Positions 9,901 through 19,205 are shown, counted from the first letter of the stretch. The stretch: DNA of 64,000 nt from Candidatus Levybacteria bacterium RIFCSPLOWO2_01_FULL_38_21 (GCA_001782475.1 MFOT01000024.1:42578-106577); one strand, 5' to 3'. Notes: generated from the letters alone by a model not told the origin. Numbers and translations are program-made.

Positions 9901-10904
9901 CTTCTGGATATCAACTAACATATCCTCTAAACGGTCCCCCGCCCTCTTTTACGGTTACGGTTGGGGCATCTTGTTCTGTTGGCGGTTCAAACAGCGCAAC
10001 TTGCGGTGGAGGAAGCATTTCAAATCTTAACTTTGGCATAACCAATTCAAATCCATGGATCCAGTCAACCTGTACAGATATAAGATTTGATACTGGCTTT
10101 GATGACCCCATACCAATAACCGCTGATCCTGTTCTCTGTGGCGGGCCAAATGCATCTATCAATGCATCTATTTCAGTCGTTTGCACAACTCCGGGAATCA
10201 TTATGTCTGGAGACAGCTCATATTCCTTTGGTCAAGGACAGGCCTCATCTACGAACTGGGTCGTGGGGGGAACTACCTATCCGGAAGTTTTTGCTCCCAC
10301 AAGAGGAGGCGGCTTTGCAACTTCTTACGCATATGTCTTATCTGTTATAAAACAAGCAGGTCTAACACCAACGGATCTTTCAACCGTATGTACCCTTTCA
10401 AACTGCACTTTACCCGCAGGATTTTCTCACGGTCTTTACAAGGCAAATTCTGATCTCTACCTTAACGCTTTTACATTCCTAGCCTCATCAAATTATGTAA
10501 TCTTGGTCAACGGAAATCTCTACATTCGCGGTAAAATCCTCGTACCAAATGGTTCAACCGCAACCTTTATTGTCTCTGGCAACATTTATGTAGACCAAAC
10601 CGTAGGAGAAGCAGTTATTTCATCAACAACCCCTGATATTGAAGGCTTCTATAGTACGGATAAGAGTTTTATAATCCAGGGTACAAACGACTGCATGGTG
10701 GGAGCGGATTTACGACTAAATGTTGCCGGCACAATTGTAGTTAATGCAGGACTTACGGGCGGATCATTCCAAAACTTAAGAGATCTTTGCGGAGGAAATC
10801 TTTCCTGTCCTGTATTTTCGATATCAGAAAGGCCAGATTTTATTCTAAATGCTCCGGAGGTAATAAAAAGACAGAATGCAATTTATCAGGAAGTAGCACC
10901 CTAG
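6912..10904 (+). CDS. Large secreted/surface protein (Cys-rich repeats, Ig-like, SdrD-B-like and CARDB-like domains)
   Basis: Signal peptide ending AYA; ISGTVWVDTNGNG-type SdrD-B motif x3; KPDLVV...ADSPDVIDE CARDB-like; PTPT linkers. Confidence 0.8.
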   Translation: MKLSKFLAVPAVTFLFFVFLSGSAYASFSYSYDSSPPSADQVADSFCAGSIQTCWNSSSVGVTDCGTACTGGNAWEKHVYSGCYYVAFLGYKAWLPFASATCSTGDKCTSSWPYLNAGYCDCSVGGIYKTCCDTTTGRADGACVAYAVDTTNPPWEGYCPAGTATEFCGFGGYPACGDAACAKYAPPPDCNTGVSCSGACSAPANTCSTNNGTQTSCVYTAYSGGGSCTQTTAPNQQCTVNNCSAGYTCQSGICTAGPNPPTAAINGPTSITLGQSGSFTATANQDSTSSLASGEIYWSPTGSQSWTLLNPVAALSGSTGSFSRTWTPTATGTYYVVVNAYNVNGQQCTGNPFGIDPGWVNCGSNDAVTVTVTTVAATPTPTPTPASSCNAACIASGYYYGICQGACGGNYDGSPSQYECASNIGAPLCCCSRVPATPTPTPTGAPTPTPTRAPSTYDISGTVWVDTNGNGFKDILEDGFQSARITITGGAFRNTDNSGFYLFSSLASGTYTITLTVPSGYILTTSNPVTRTLPNNATANFGIQPLSTISGTVFVDTNGSGAKDTGEPGYSGATLTGPGGETDTTGASGSYGFPGLASGTYTITLTVPSGYILTTSNPVTRTLPPDATANFGIRFNKPDLVVSNLSVQSVAAGPITPRDGSSFDTNGGSGASWSNPTYAQTSNSQRASVSLDGNPSSRYLKAQGFGFNILPGSTINGILVEVERRAEEEGWGGNPRIVDDVIRLVKADGTIGGSNRAGSSYWPESDAYTSYGSGTYLWVLTWTPADINNSNFGVAVSARNEGDDAIAYIDHIRITVYLASEAGESLEAVFTLKNNSSITTPPGVNFRIDLWPDRTSSPNLGELSDCTPTPCKIDQTEMAANEQRSVTIPFTAPLTAGTKTVQILADSPDVIDEMEELTNNRISKIYFVTAPPTYTISGNVFVDADKNRLKNGGETNYTGAITISSTEGTVSAPSGTGVYTVDGLIEGTYTISYTDLPSGYQLTYPLNGPPPSFTVTVGASCSVGGSNSATCGGGSISNLNFGITNSNPWIQSTCTDIRFDTGFDDPIPITADPVLCGGPNASINASISVVCTTPGIIMSGDSSYSFGQGQASSTNWVVGGTTYPEVFAPTRGGGFATSYAYVLSVIKQAGLTPTDLSTVCTLSNCTLPAGFSHGLYKANSDLYLNAFTFLASSNYVILVNGNLYIRGKILVPNGSTATFIVSGNIYVDQTVGEAVISSTTPDIEGFYSTDKSFIIQGTNDCMVGADLRLNVAGTIVVNAGLTGGSFQNLRDLCGGNLSCPVFSISERPDFILNAPEVIKRQNAIYQEVAP
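8425..8810 (+). repeat. Near-identical internal 116-bp duplication (8425-8540 and 8695-8810)
   Basis: LASGTYTITLTVPSGYILTTSNPVTRTLP repeated with about 4 nt differences, 270-bp period. Confidence 0.9.
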
Positions 10905-10919
10905 CGCAAAGCGCTAAGG

Positions 10920-11384
10920 AAATTCTAAACACTAAATCCGAAATCCTAAACAAATAATAATGGACCAGATCACAAATAATAAACGGTATGACCTAGAAGA
11001 ACGATGCTTAAATTTTGCCAAGAGGGCCAATAAGTATATAAACCATTTACCCAAGACTATTACTAATATCGAAAATGGAAAACAATTAGCAAGATCCGTA
11101 GGATCTGTTGGAGCAAATTATATAGAAGCAAATGAAGCGCTAAGCAAAAAAGATTTCATAATGAGAGCTAAAATTTGCAAGAAGGAAGCTAAAGAAAGCA
11201 GATTTTGGTTTACTCTTTCAGAACCTTTGCAAGGAGAACAAAAAGAAAAAGATCTGCTCATTCAGGAAGCAACAGAACTTATGAAAATCTTTGGATCGAT
11301 TCTTGAAAAATCTAAATAGTTCTGGGATTTGAGGATTTAGAATTTAAATATTGTTTAGTATTTAGATATTAGAATTTAGGATTT
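10920..11384 (+). mobile_element. Candidate element: four-helix-bundle gene flanked by inverted 7-bp-periodic arms
   Basis: Left arm AAATTCT AAACACT AAATCCG AAATCCT AAAC; right arm (reverse complement) AAATCCT AAATTCT AATATCT AAATACT AAAC; both arms recur at 55491-55620. Confidence 0.55.
10960..11319 (+). CDS. Four helix bundle protein (23S rRNA IVP / TIGR02436 family, Avd-like fold)
   Basis: YDLEER...KQLARSVGSVGANYIEANEALSKKDF...KKEAKESRFW. Confidence 0.9.
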   Translation: MDQITNNKRYDLEERCLNFAKRANKYINHLPKTITNIENGKQLARSVGSVGANYIEANEALSKKDFIMRAKICKKEAKESRFWFTLSEPLQGEQKEKDLLIQEATELMKIFGSILEKSK

Positions 11385-12408
11385 AATTAAGATAAGTGAT
11401 TTCTTCCTCTAGTTCCAGCTTGTATTTTTCTTTTATAATCTCTTTTATTTCTCCAATTAAACTTCTTACATCTTCCGATGTCGCGTTGCCAAGATTGACA
11501 ATAAAATTAGGATGCTTTTCGGAGACCATTGCGCCTCCTTGTCTTTTCCCTTTTAAACCTGCTACTGCTAAAAGTTTAGCTGTTGGCAAAATAGGAAAAG
11601 GATCATCTTTTATCGAACTACTTAGTCCTCCTAATAATTTTTGGGGAACTTTTTCGATTGGGATGTTTTTGAAAATACTTCCTATATTTGGGTATTCTAG
11701 AGGATGTCTTTCTTTCCGATAATTGATCTTTTTCTCGATCTGTCTTTTAATTAAATCTTTATTGCCCCCTTGAAGTTTTAATTCCACTGAGATTATAATT
11801 TCACTTTTCCCCTCCCCGTCTTTAAAAATACTTGATCTATACCCAAAATTGCACTCTGAGTTTTTTCTTTTTCTAACCTCGTAGGTTGCGAGATTACCAA
11901 CCTCGTAGGTTGAGAGACTTTCGACTTCGTAAGCACTATCTTTTATTTCCCCTTTAAATGCTCCAGCATTCCCCCTGACAGCGCCGCCGATTGTGCCAGG
12001 AAGACCTCCTGCCCACTCAAGTCCGGATAGACAATTTTGAACACAAAAATTGAGCAAATCCTCCAATAAAACACCGGCGCCGGCTAAAATCTTAATATTG
12101 CCAGCCTCGCCAACCTCGCAGGTTTCGTGCGTGCAACCTGCGAGGTTACAATAACCCAATATCCTGATCTCTTTTATTTTATTGTGAATAACAAGTCCAT
12201 TAAATCCTTTATCGCTTACTAAGACATTCGTCCCCCCACCGAAGATAAACATATCCTGCGAAGGTGATTTTTTTGAGATTTTTTTCCATTGTTTAAGGCC
12301 TTCGATTAACTCCTCAACGCTTGAAACCTTAAGAAGATACTTGGCTCTGCCCCCGATTTTGAAATTGTTGAGGTCTTTTAAAGAGATATCTTTTTGAATC
12401 GAAACCAT
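11383..12408 (-). CDS. murB: UDP-N-acetylmuramate dehydrogenase
   Basis: FKIGG, GGGTNVL, GLPGTIGGAVRGNAGA, GSIFKN, SEKHPNF. Confidence 0.95.
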   Translation of the reverse strand: MVSIQKDISLKDLNNFKIGGRAKYLLKVSSVEELIEGLKQWKKISKKSPSQDMFIFGGGTNVLVSDKGFNGLVIHNKIKEIRILGYCNLAGCTHETCEVGEAGNIKILAGAGVLLEDLLNFCVQNCLSGLEWAGGLPGTIGGAVRGNAGAFKGEIKDSAYEVESLSTYEVGNLATYEVRKRKNSECNFGYRSSIFKDGEGKSEIIISVELKLQGGNKDLIKRQIEKKINYRKERHPLEYPNIGSIFKNIPIEKVPQKLLGGLSSSIKDDPFPILPTAKLLAVAGLKGKRQGGAMVSEKHPNFIVNLGNATSEDVRSLIGEIKEIIKEKYKLELEEEITYLN

Positions 12409-12411
12409 AAG

Positions 12412-13530
12412 CTACCTACTCGGGGCGGGTTTTAGAGCTGCTTTTGTGTCAATTGTCTTCCCATTTCTCCAAACTGTAATATTTATGCTGTCTTCTACTT
12501 TTTTTCTTGAAATTATGCCTGCAACGTCTGTTTTGCCCTCAATCCTTTTGCCGTCGATTTTTATAATTATATCTCCTTTCTCAATTCCTGCCTTTTCTGC
12601 CGAGGAACCAGCGATAACTTCCTGAACAAAAGCGCCCTCCGGGACATTATTTAAAAGAGCAACATCCCGATCTATAATCTTATAGGCAATTCCCAAATAC
12701 GGCCTGTTAAACTGGCCGCTTTCATTAAAATTTTTAAGCGAATCTTTAACAACGTTTATCGGAAGCGCAAATCCGATATTTTGTCCTCCCCTTGCAATTG
12801 CGGTGTTTATTCCGATAACTTGCGAAGAGGAGTTCAAAAGAGGGCCTCCGCTGTTTCCGGGATTAATTGCCGCAGATGTTTGTATAACATTATCAAGCCG
12901 CTCAACATACCCTTCAAATTCCGATCCTGCTGTAATCCCCCGGCCTAACCCAGATATTACTCCTGTTGTTACAGTATTTCTAAATTCACCAAGCGCTGTT
13001 CCGATTGCAATTGCAAACTGACCTACTACAAGTTTTGATGAATCGCCCATTTCAACAGGCTTTAATTTCTGAGGCGGATTTTGGGAGGGGTCGATTTTAA
13101 GAATTGCAATATCATTTAGCGGGTCTCTGTAGATTTTTTGAACATCGTATTTTTTATCGGCTGCGGTTATTATCTGATAAGAAACTCCGCTGTCTCCCAC
13201 GACATGTTTGTTTGTTACAATAAACCCGTCTTTTGAAACCATAAACCCAGATCCAATATTTTGGGACTGCGGTTGCGCGGGAGATTCAAAGATTGAAAAA
13301 GGTCCAAAAGAAAACTGACGGGAGGACGAGGAAACTTCAACAACTGTTACAACCGAGGGTCCAACTTTTTTAACAGCATCTATTACTATAGATTCTTCTG
13401 TAACAATTTTTACTTTTTCTTGCGAAGGCGCTTCGGGATTTTTAAGAGCCTGAGGCAGATAATTTGCTACAGCGCTTAAAATGAATAAAACAGCAACTAA
13501 AATAGCGGCAAGAATTATTAACCTTCTCAT
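12412..13530 (-). CDS. HtrA/DegP-family serine protease with PDZ domain
   Basis: GSGF, TNKHV, AINPGNSGGPL, C-terminal PDZ. Confidence 0.95.
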   Translation of the reverse strand: MRRLIILAAILVAVLFILSAVANYLPQALKNPEAPSQEKVKIVTEESIVIDAVKKVGPSVVTVVEVSSSSRQFSFGPFSIFESPAQPQSQNIGSGFMVSKDGFIVTNKHVVGDSGVSYQIITAADKKYDVQKIYRDPLNDIAILKIDPSQNPPQKLKPVEMGDSSKLVVGQFAIAIGTALGEFRNTVTTGVISGLGRGITAGSEFEGYVERLDNVIQTSAAINPGNSGGPLLNSSSQVIGINTAIARGGQNIGFALPINVVKDSLKNFNESGQFNRPYLGIAYKIIDRDVALLNNVPEGAFVQEVIAGSSAEKAGIEKGDIIIKIDGKRIEGKTDVAGIISRKKVEDSINITVWRNGKTIDTKAALKPAPSR

Positions 13531-13536
13531 GTGTGA

Positions 13537-14811
13537 TTATTTTACTAATTCTTCTATTGCTTTTTCAAGTTGAGAATCGCGGGGTTGGTCTTTTTGATCA
13601 AGCGAAACAGATATATCCGGGACCAGTCCTTTCCCGTTTATCCAAGTTCCGTTTGGCGTAAGCCATTTTGCAATAGTTATATGAAGCCCGGCTCCATTCC
13701 CCAAATCCCGAGCCTCTTGGATTGTTCCTTTTCCAAAAGATGTCTCTCCGACTAGTTTTGCTCTACCATTATCCCTTAAGGCTCCGGAGACAATCTCGCT
13801 TGCCGAGGCACTCCCTTTATTGATCAAAATCACAATTGGTGTATTTACAAATAACCCTCTTCTTGAAGCTTTAAGAATAGACCGCTCTGCCTGCCCACTT
13901 TCCTGTATCACAACAGGCGTCCCCTCCTTTAGAAATTCCGATGCTATAAAAGCTGCATCTGTTAAGTATCCTCCGGGATTATTTCGTACATCCAGAATTA
14001 TTCCTTTAAAATTTGGGTTGTTCGCAACTTTTAAGTTGAGGTTATTAACAAGAGCGAGCCAGTCTTTATTTGTGTTATCTCCAAACTGGGAGAGCTTAAG
14101 ATAAATAATCTCATCATTCTCATGGGATTTAAGAAGTGAGGATAATTTAATATTTTCTATATCTTTAACTTTTTTTATGAAACCGTCTATGCTTTTCACC
14201 ACAATTACATCTCTTATTATTTTTATATCCTGCGGAGTTTTTGAGTCTTTATGAAGGATAGAGAGCGTAACAACAGTTCCCTTAGCCCCTCTTATTTTCG
14301 AAACAGCCTGAGAGAGCGTCCAGCCTTCTATGGATGCGCCGTCTACCTTAAGAACTGTATCCCCTGCTTTTATGCCCGCCTTTTGCGCCGGGCTTGAGTC
14401 CAAAGGCGCAATAACAATAATCTTCTTATCTTTTATTCCAAGTTCTGCTCCGATTCCCTGAAATTGCCCTGCAAGCCCCTGTTTAAAATCATTATTTGAG
14501 ACAGGAGGAAGATAAATTGTATACGGGTCTCCGATGCTCTGAACTAGCCCCGATATCGCACTGTTTAGCATTTTAGAAGGATCTAATTTGGATTTATCAT
14601 AATAATTACTCTCAAGGCTCTGCCATACTGTCCAAAAGTTGGAAAAATCCAGATTAGATAAGGAAGGCGGAGGTTCTTTACTTGATATTGATAGGGCTGG
14701 TTTATAATTTTTCCAGTCTAAGGAAATTTTATTAAGCCCAAAATAATAGCCGCCAAAAAAAGCTATTAGAATAAGGATTATAATTTGAAAACCTCGCAGC
14801 CTATCCTTCAT
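13537..14811 (-). CDS. Carboxy-terminal processing protease (S41, CtpA-like)
   Basis: DPYT, PDZ, DVRNNPGG, SASASEI, GKGTIQ. Confidence 0.95.
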   Translation of the reverse strand: MKDRLRGFQIIILILIAFFGGYYFGLNKISLDWKNYKPALSISSKEPPPSLSNLDFSNFWTVWQSLESNYYDKSKLDPSKMLNSAISGLVQSIGDPYTIYLPPVSNNDFKQGLAGQFQGIGAELGIKDKKIIVIAPLDSSPAQKAGIKAGDTVLKVDGASIEGWTLSQAVSKIRGAKGTVVTLSILHKDSKTPQDIKIIRDVIVVKSIDGFIKKVKDIENIKLSSLLKSHENDEIIYLKLSQFGDNTNKDWLALVNNLNLKVANNPNFKGIILDVRNNPGGYLTDAAFIASEFLKEGTPVVIQESGQAERSILKASRRGLFVNTPIVILINKGSASASEIVSGALRDNGRAKLVGETSFGKGTIQEARDLGNGAGLHITIAKWLTPNGTWINGKGLVPDISVSLDQKDQPRDSQLEKAIEELVK

Positions 14812-15565
14812 AAATAATAATTATCTTCTTTTCGCAGTCCATATAAATTTTTTTACCATTGTGCTTTGCAAGTTTTTCAAAATTTTCACCACTTACCACA
14901 AATACTGGTGTTTTTATCATCTTTTTTTCTAAATCATCCAAATCTTCATCTTTAATATTCACAGAAACTAGCCCCGCTATCCCAAGCCCTATTGATTTTG
15001 ATATTGCCTCTCTTGGAAAAGCTTTTCCTAAAATTATTTTTCCTCTAATCTCCCCATCCAAATCCTGCGAATCTACCTCTTTGTTGCCTATTAAAACCAG
15101 TTGAGCTTGTATAATTCCTTTTCCGCAAACCCTATCTGCCAAAATCGCATCTTTGTCAGTCTTTATTACAATTTTTTCATTATCGCACAATTTAACAACT
15201 CCATCAACAGGCGAAAATAAATTTTCTACATTTGCGCTCTTTTTTTCTCCTCTTATGTAGATAAATCCTGTCTTTTCATCAAACTTAAAAATTGTTCCTG
15301 TTATCGGACTTGCGATTTTTTTTCCTCCAATACCTAAGAATCCTTTTTTAACTGCGAGAATCGTGCCTTTTTCTGCTTTGTCTCCGGGTCTTTTGATAAG
15401 ATATTTTAAGACTTGACCGGGAGAAACGCCGAGAAGCTTGCCTAAATCTCCTCTTTCATCATTTTCTATGGTTCTTTCTGCTATAACCTGGCCTAAGGCT
15501 ACATTATCACCTGTTTTAACCTTTGGAACAAAATCTTCTTCAAGAGGTATGGACAACAAAGTCAT
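14801..15565 (-). CDS. Hypothetical protein with barrel-sandwich hybrid-like repeats
   Basis: VKTGDNV, SPITGTI, SPVDGVV; start moved to ATG 15565 to avoid overlap with rpsR. Confidence 0.5.
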   Translation of the reverse strand: MTLLSIPLEEDFVPKVKTGDNVALGQVIAERTIENDERGDLGKLLGVSPGQVLKYLIKRPGDKAEKGTILAVKKGFLGIGGKKIASPITGTIFKFDEKTGFIYIRGEKKSANVENLFSPVDGVVKLCDNEKIVIKTDKDAILADRVCGKGIIQAQLVLIGNKEVDSQDLDGEIRGKIILGKAFPREAISKSIGLGIAGLVSVNIKDEDLDDLEKKMIKTPVFVVSGENFEKLAKHNGKKIYMDCEKKIIIIYEG

Positions 15566-15579
15566 TATCAAAAAAGGGT

Positions 15580-15822
15580 TTAAATTTCTCGAGCCGTAAA
15601 CGGCAATAAAGCCAAATGTCTTGCCTGTTTTATTTTTTTTGAAACAACTCTTTGATGTTTTGCACAAACACCGCTTCGACCTCTTGGAATAATCTTGTTT
15701 CGCTCGCTTAAAAATCTTTTAAGAACCGCTGTATCTTTAAACGACGGTTCTTTTTTGTCTTTACAAAAATAGCAGACTCCTTTTGTTTTAGGTTTACGAA
15801 TTTTTATTCTCTTTTTAGCCAT
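15580..15822 (-). CDS. rpsR: 30S ribosomal protein S18
   Basis: CYFC...LKRFLSERNKI...GVCAKHQR...ARHLALLP. Confidence 0.95.
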   Translation of the reverse strand: MAKKRIKIRKPKTKGVCYFCKDKKEPSFKDTAVLKRFLSERNKIIPRGRSGVCAKHQRVVSKKIKQARHLALLPFTAREI

Positions 15823-15905
15823 AAACTAATTGCTAGACAGAATACAATTCTAACAATTTCTTCAAGATTTGACAACTGGTTAAAACTAGTTGCTAGGGGC
15901 TAGTG

Positions 15906-16424
15906 TTAAAATGGGATATCGTCCGGAGCAATTTCTTCGTTAGGAGCTTCTTCTGGTACTTCCTGGGATCCAGGCTCTTTTTTGCCCTTTGGCCCCGCCT
16001 TTGGCGGGGTTGATTTTCCTTTCAATTTTTTACCGCTTGTTTCTTCGGCTACTTCCTCTGGTTTTTCCTCCATTTTCTCTTCCTCGGGTCTTCTTGAGTC
16101 AAGTAAAATCATATCGGATATTATTATCTCTGTTGTTGATCTTTGTGTTCCGTCCTGAGCGTTCCAGGATCTTGTAGAAAGTCTCCCCTCGAGATAGACC
16201 TTTCGCCCTTTAACCAGAAACTGGCTGCAGATTTCGGCCAATTTATTCCATGCGACTACTCTGTGAAAATCAGCCTCGTCTCTTTTTTCTCCTGTTTCGG
16301 TAGTCCATCTTCTGTTTGTAGCAACACTAAAAGAGCAGACAGCAGTTCCGTTTGGAGTGTACCTAAGCTCCGGATCCCTCGTTAAATTTCCAATAATTTG
16401 TGCTCTGTTCAAACTCCTAGCCAT
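15906..16424 (-). CDS. ssb: Single-stranded DNA-binding protein
   Basis: GNLTRDPELRYT; C-terminal DDIPF. Confidence 0.97.
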   Translation of the reverse strand: MARSLNRAQIIGNLTRDPELRYTPNGTAVCSFSVATNRRWTTETGEKRDEADFHRVVAWNKLAEICSQFLVKGRKVYLEGRLSTRSWNAQDGTQRSTTEIIISDMILLDSRRPEEEKMEEKPEEVAEETSGKKLKGKSTPPKAGPKGKKEPGSQEVPEEAPNEEIAPDDIPF

Positions 16425-16509
16425 ATCCTTAAAATTTCTAATTACTAATTTCTAATTGACCTAAGCGCTTAGAATAATTAGAGCGATTAGGTTAATTAGG
16501 TCAATTTTC

Positions 16510-16788
16510 TTACTTCTTTTTAAGAAGTAAGTGTCTTAAAATATTGTCGTTTGTAATAAGTTTTTTTTCAAAATCTTTTGGGAGCTCTCCTTTTAGCTCA
16601 AAAACCCAATTGAGATAGTATCCTGCGATCTCCCTTGTAATAGAATAGGCAAGGGGTTTTTGCCCCCATTCTTCTTCTTTGACAATTTTAAAATCAGGCA
16701 AAAAGCCTTTAATGGTCTCTAAAAGTTTTTTTCTGTTTGTCTCCGAAAGCGAGGTTTTAAGAACTAAAACTAATTCGTAAACGCGCAT
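16510..16788 (-). CDS. rpsF: 30S ribosomal protein S6
   Basis: YELVLVL, EEWGQKPLAYSI, ILRHL; rpsF-ssb-rpsR order. Confidence 0.95.
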   Translation of the reverse strand: MRVYELVLVLKTSLSETNRKKLLETIKGFLPDFKIVKEEEWGQKPLAYSITREIAGYYLNWVFELKGELPKDFEKKLITNDNILRHLLLKKK

Positions 16789-16875
16789 TGCCCACTCATC
16801 CTAGCATATTTAAAAATGAAAAAGCAAGCCCCCACTCTTGTCTTTCATCTTCCTTTATGATATAAAAGGAGCATC

Positions 16876-17427
16876 GTGAGGAATTTATTTATTGGTATTG
16901 CTGTTGGCATCATTCTAATTGCATTTGTAGGAGGAGCTTATTATTTTGGCAAAAACCAAAATGAGATACCGCCAAATCCAACTCCCGCCCCGACACAATA
17001 CATAAGCTCAGCACCAACACAAATCCTAACAGAAGGCATGTCTCCTACCTCGGTTCCAAAAAATACAAGAAGTTATGTTTCTGAGAACATTATTGCAGCT
17101 GTATCTTCCAAAAATTATGCGGCTTTAGAAGGATATATGTCCGATACTGTGAGTGTCATTCTATACGCTTCAGAATGTTGTGGACAGATCAGTAAAGCGA
17201 AGGCAACAGGGCAAATGTCATATCTTAACTCAAGTAGCGGAACTTGGGATTTTTCCGAAAACAACTCCACAAGAGCAAAGCTTATACAAAATAACCCTCA
17301 AAATTTTTCCTCCGATATGATAATTGGAATTTCTTCTGATAAGTATGCGGTCGGCTTTAAATTAAATTCGCAGAATGAGATTGAAAAAATAATTCTCGTA
17401 TCGAACTATTCGCTTATAGTTCCCTGA
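16876..17427 (+). CDS. Membrane-anchored hypothetical protein
   Basis: N-terminal TM helix, P/T linker, ASECCG motif. Confidence 0.6.
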   Translation: MRNLFIGIAVGIILIAFVGGAYYFGKNQNEIPPNPTPAPTQYISSAPTQILTEGMSPTSVPKNTRSYVSENIIAAVSSKNYAALEGYMSDTVSVILYASECCGQISKAKATGQMSYLNSSSGTWDFSENNSTRAKLIQNNPQNFSSDMIIGISSDKYAVGFKLNSQNEIEKIILVSNYSLIVP

Positions 17428-17443
17428 TCCGGGGGCAAAATTA

Positions 17444-18379
17444 CTATCCGATTTTAAATTCAATCACGTCTCCGTCTTTTACTATATAATCCCTTCCTTC
17501 AAGCCTTATTTTCCCTTCCTCTTTTGCATTTTTCCACCCGCCAACAGATAATAAATCCCCAACTAAAATTACTTCTGCTTTAATAAAGTGTTTGGCAAAA
17601 TCTGTGTGGACTAAATTCGCCGCATCGATAATGTTTGCGCCGTTTTTAATTGGCCATGCTTGAGTCTGTTTCCCGCCAACAATCGTAAAGAAAGTTATTA
17701 AATTTAATAATTTGTAAGATTCTACAATAACTTGATCTAATCCTGAACTTGCTTGCCCTGAGTTTGTCGAATGGGCCGAAGGATCAACACCTAGCTCCCT
17801 AAGATAGCCCTCCTGTTCTGATTCTGAAAGATCTGAAAGTTCTGCTTCTAGTTTTGCGCAGATTTTAATGAATGAAAACGGAAGGCTGAAATCCTGCCTG
17901 CCGGCAGGCATGGCTTTTTTTAAATCTTTTTCGGAAACATTTAATACATAAATCGTTGGCTTTTTTATGCTTGCTAATTCAAGTTCTTGATTAACAGTTT
18001 CAACATCGATTATTGGGTCAATTTTCTGATAAGGATGCAAAACACTCGGGTTTTCAAAGACCCTTACAATATGTAAAATCGCATCTGCTTCTCTTATATG
18101 AGCTAAGAACTGATTTCCTAAACCTTCGCCGGCATGCGCCCCTTTGATCAGACCTGCTATATCTATAAATTTTATTGAAGCAGGTACTTTTTTATTAATA
18201 TTTGCGACTGCGGCAATTTTATCAAGTCTTTCGTCAGGCACCTCAACTACACCCACATTTGGTTCAATTGTCGTATACGGATATTCACCAACTTGTGCGA
18301 TCTGTCTTTTTAAAAGCGCATTAAAAAGTGTGGACTTCCCACTATTTGGCAGGCCAACGATCCCGATTGATAAGGACAT
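17444..18379 (-). CDS. ychF: Ribosome-binding ATPase YchF, shortened
   Basis: GIVGLPNSGKSTLFN, YPYTTIEPN, DIAGL, GEGLGNQFL, TGS-domain end EGRDYIVKDGD. Confidence 0.93.
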   Translation of the reverse strand: MSLSIGIVGLPNSGKSTLFNALLKRQIAQVGEYPYTTIEPNVGVVEVPDERLDKIAAVANINKKVPASIKFIDIAGLIKGAHAGEGLGNQFLAHIREADAILHIVRVFENPSVLHPYQKIDPIIDVETVNQELELASIKKPTIYVLNVSEKDLKKAMPAGRQDFSLPFSFIKICAKLEAELSDLSESEQEGYLRELGVDPSAHSTNSGQASSGLDQVIVESYKLLNLITFFTIVGGKQTQAWPIKNGANIIDAANLVHTDFAKHFIKAEVILVGDLLSVGGWKNAKEEGKIRLEGRDYIVKDGDVIEFKIG

Positions 18380-18462
18380 AAGAGGATTATATCCTAATGG
18401 AGGTCAAGATTCGAGCTCTCTACTTTATAACCGACCTATAAGTTGAAAAAAGGCTTTTGTTA

Positions 18463-18954
18463 CTAGGCTGCTTGAGTTAGTACAAATTTACCTCGCTTTG
18501 CATAGCCTTCGAGACGGTTATATTCTTTGTTTTCTGCGTCAGTCAGAACTGATTCAATTTTTTTTCTGCCCAGCAATCTGTATCTTTCTGCTGATGCTTG
18601 TGGATCAATTAATTCTTTAGCTTCTGCTTCGATAAGAGCTTTGTATGCTGCATCTTTTGCCTCTAATTGTTTCTCTGACAAATTTGCTTCGAACAATCCA
18701 AAACTCGCCATCTGATTCAGGTTTTCGCGCTCCCTTCTTTCTTCCTCGCTTAAAACACCGTCAAGCTGTTTTTGCCCCAATTCCCTAAATCTTGCCGCAA
18801 GTCCTGAGTATTTTTCTCCCAAAGGTAAGCTCTCTGGCGTAACAGCCACTCCTGACGGCGGACTAAACTCCGCTTGGGTGGTAACGGGTTCCGTGCTGTC
18901 CAACGTTCCTCGTTGTTGGGGCTCAACTGCCTCTGGTGTTCCATTATCCTGCAT
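18463..18954 (-). CDS. Hypothetical protein with two internal helical repeats
   Basis: RFRELGQKQLDGVLSEEE vs RYRLLGRKKIESVLTDAE; GGAGG RBS upstream. Confidence 0.55.
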   Translation of the reverse strand: MQDNGTPEAVEPQQRGTLDSTEPVTTQAEFSPPSGVAVTPESLPLGEKYSGLAARFRELGQKQLDGVLSEEERRERENLNQMASFGLFEANLSEKQLEAKDAAYKALIEAEAKELIDPQASAERYRLLGRKKIESVLTDAENKEYNRLEGYAKRGKFVLTQAA

Positions 18955-19074
18955 TACTTATACCTCCTTAAGAATATCTATATATTATTAATAACAGTTA
19001 TCTATAGCATCGTCAAGTCTACAGTCCCGACTGACAAGTTGATATTGAAAATTATAGCAGATTTCAAATGATTG

Positions 19075-19103
19075 TTGACAAAAGCTACGATAATTCTTAC
19101 AAT
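19075..19103 (+). promoter_or_regulatory. Sigma70 promoter of the polysaccharide operon
   Basis: TTGACA-17 nt-TACAAT. Confidence 0.7.
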
Positions 19104-19156
19104 CAAGTCAAGTTAATATCTTTTATCAATTGAGTTAAATTGCTGACCGCAAACGG

Positions 19157-19192
19157 AGGCAATCCCAGTTCAAACGGGGTTGCCTTTTTTTT
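19157..19192 (+). terminator. Intrinsic terminator-like hairpin in the 5' leader (possible attenuator)
   Basis: AGGCAATCCC...GGGGTTGCCT followed by a T8 run, between promoter and ATG 19206. Confidence 0.65.
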
Positions 19193-19205
19193 GCAGGCTT
19201 TATCG

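Noticed and set aside
5792-11319. Diversity-generating retroelement (Avd-like gene plus duplicated coding segments as TR/VR)
   Set aside because: No reverse transcriptase in the window; mismatches between 5792-6166 and 6521-6895 involve all bases, not just adenines
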